NCBI GenBank assembly: GCA_046483305.1
Contig: JAWODM010000019.1
Location: forward strand, 1 to 26,244
Source of the DNA: Candidatus Krumholzibacteriales bacterium
GTDB lineage: Bacteria; Krumholzibacteriota; Krumholzibacteriia; Krumholzibacteriales; WJIX01
Direction: 5' to 3'
DNA length: 26,244 bases
Of this stretch, positions 24,764-26,244 are shown piece by piece. How positions within the stretch are numbered: the first letter of the stretch is position 1; every line of letters starts with the position of its first letter. A program made the translations under genes and the position numbers. The notes beneath the pieces are model-generated. The model was not told where the DNA came from and searched no databases. It saw nothing but the letters and a program-made list of their open reading frames with translations.

Positions 24764-26244
24764 TGGTTTTCGTTCCCTCCTTCATATTTTTTCGGCAGTT
24801 CCTTGAACCTGAGAAGGGTATCGGTCCTTCCCGACGAAAAATGCATCAGGCTTGTTGATGAATTGACGTCTCTCCAGTTGAAAAGGGAATGGCCGCATTC
24901 GTGGGCCATGGTCTCGCGCACTTTCCCTTCAGTCTTGGCCCCCTCCATAACCCAGATGGGGTTGCCACTCAATCCCGACAGGGGCCACATTATCCCCTCA
25001 TCGGTCCCATGATCGTTCTCCAGCTCGTCTTCCAGGTTTACGGTGGCGCCGTTGCGGCTTCTAACGGTAATTTCTTCGGCAGTGTCACCGGTTCCCAGCG
25101 TGTAGGTGTTTCCTGCCACTATGAATCTCATATAACCTTTCTCCTGCCCGCCCTGGATATTCGAATAGGCTGTCTTCAGGTTAATCGAATTATCCCCCTC
25201 CGAAGCCGCCTGCCGGAGATAGTAAATCCAGTTCAGCTTTTTTACTATTACTATCTTCTGGCCTGCCGGGTTGAAAGCGTTGATTATTGCCTGCTGTTCC
25301 TGCGAGGTCGCGCCGGGCTCCAGGTCCAGCGCCCCGTTTCCGTTAAGGTCGTACCGGATATCCAATGTTTCCGAATCCTCATCGGACTCCTCCGAAAGCT
25401 CTATTACTCCCACACATTCATCGTACCAGTCGTTGATCGCTTCCTCCGCGTCGCCTATATCGAAGTTGGGGCGGCTCAGCGCGGTGTCATCCGAATGGCT
25501 GTCAATTACCTTTGCGACGGTCGCGCTTACAGATTTCCGGCTGTAAACGTTTACCTTCAATGTAGCCGCGACCGGCCCGTCATCCCTGAATGTTCTGACC
25601 TTTATCTCTGTCTCTCCCTTATTGGTGTTTCTTCCCCTGACCACCTGCAGAAAAAAATTACCCACATTACTTCGGATATCATCTTCATCTACCTCCGCAA
25701 CAGAGTTGTCTTCTGAGGTGAATCGCAGGATTCCGCCATTGGCTCCGCCGGTTATTCTTATCCAGGTAAACCCGAAATCGTTCTTCCTGATACTGAGGTG
25801 ATGATTCTCGCCCGCCTCATTATCCATGTTGTCATGGCCGTACACAGGGCTTGTGGCCCTCTCGAATTCAACCTTGATCACATTGATATTCACATGCCTT
25901 CTCGACTCGAATGATCCGTCATCGGAGCGGAAGCGGAGATTGATGCGCTCCCCCTCCCTCCCGCTGATCTCTTCCCCTGCAATTATGGTGACAGTCTCCT
26001 GATCGGCGTCTTCCAGGGTGATCTTATCGCTGGGGGTGGACCACTGGTAGGTGCCTTCCATCTCCCTGGGAAGGACCGCCGTCATCTGAGTTCGCTTGCC
26101 GGCAGGAACAGCGCTGCCCGGCTCCGCGTCTCCGTACTTCCTCAATAACCTCTCAAGCCTCACAGTCACGGCCACCTCGTTGATCTGGTTCCTATCGAGG
26201 CAGTGCGTCTCCCAGGCCAGCCGATTATAGGGATGGAAGTGGCA
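24742..26244 (-). CDS. Multidomain protein with C-terminal zinc metallopeptidase motif (5'-truncated by window); candidate T6SS effector
   Basis: The frame is open to the window edge (CHFHPYNRLAWETHCLDRNQINEVAVTV...). Ig-like beta segments, a DLNGNGALD Ca-binding-like loop, and ETMAHECGHSLFNWRD...SLMHF (HExxH plus Met-turn-like). Confidence 0.7.
   Translation of the reverse strand, partial: CHFHPYNRLAWETHCLDRNQINEVAVTVRLERLLRKYGDAEPGSAVPAGKRTQMTAVLPREMEGTYQWSTPSDKITLEDADQETVTIIAGEEISGREGERINLRFRSDDGSFESRRHVNINVIKVEFERATSPVYGHDNMDNEAGENHHLSIRKNDFGFTWIRITGGANGGILRFTSEDNSVAEVDEDDIRSNVGNFFLQVVRGRNTNKGETEIKVRTFRDDGPVAATLKVNVYSRKSVSATVAKVIDSHSDDTALSRPNFDIGDAEEAINDWYDECVGVIELSEESDEDSETLDIRYDLNGNGALDLEPGATSQEQQAIINAFNPAGQKIVIVKKLNWIYYLRQAASEGDNSINLKTAYSNIQGGQEKGYMRFIVAGNTYTLGTGDTAEEITVRSRNGATVNLEDELENDHGTDEGIMWPLSGLSGNPIWVMEGAKTEGKVRETMAHECGHSLFNWRDVNSSTSLMHFSSGRTDTLLRFKELPKKYEGGNENQWDVVTR

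Noticed and set aside
13810..25716. Many 100-350-aa + strand ORFs (e.g. 13810..14853, 16776..17813, 22174..22929, 24889..25716)
   Set aside because: They lie antisense to motif-supported - strand genes and show no RBS or domain evidence.
1..26244. CRISPR arrays, tRNA/rRNA, IS elements, long tandem repeats
   Set aside because: None seen; the window is almost entirely protein-coding with short intergenic gaps.

Overview
Bacterial DNA of moderately high GC. The host is probably a non-Bacteroidota member of the FCB superphylum (Krumholzibacteriota/Latescibacterota/Zixibacteria-like); this is inferred from an FlgD-Ig/T9SS-type C-terminal domain together with strong Shine-Dalgarno sites and TTGACA-type sigma70 promoters. 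Left part: the 3' end of a secreted FlgD-Ig-tailed protein, a signal-peptide nickel superoxide dismutase (sodN) with a Fur-box-like site, and a + strand envelope operon (membrane Ser/Thr kinase with PEGA repeats, two TPR+CsgG-like proteins, an outer-membrane beta-barrel, a LamG lipoprotein). Converging on it is a ~15 kb - strand contractile injection/type VI secretion cluster: tssH-tssB-tssC-tssD(hcp)-vgrG-tssE-tssF-tssG-tssK. Its sheath, tube and baseplate resemble the Bacteroidota subtype (T6SSiii). No tssN/O/P/Q/R membrane-complex genes are recognisable. Instead tssK is followed by a C-tail-anchored TssL-topology protein, a GTPase-fold TssM-architecture membrane protein and a small secreted VirB10/TrbI-like protein, which together suggest a hybrid, possibly undescribed T6SS subtype. 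TssG carries an N-terminal PASTA-like domain, and the tssK module has its own internal promoter. Upstream lies a candidate HExxH metallopeptidase effector with an overlapping HEAT-repeat putative lipoprotein immunity gene. All family calls come from motif recognition by eye; no database searches were run.
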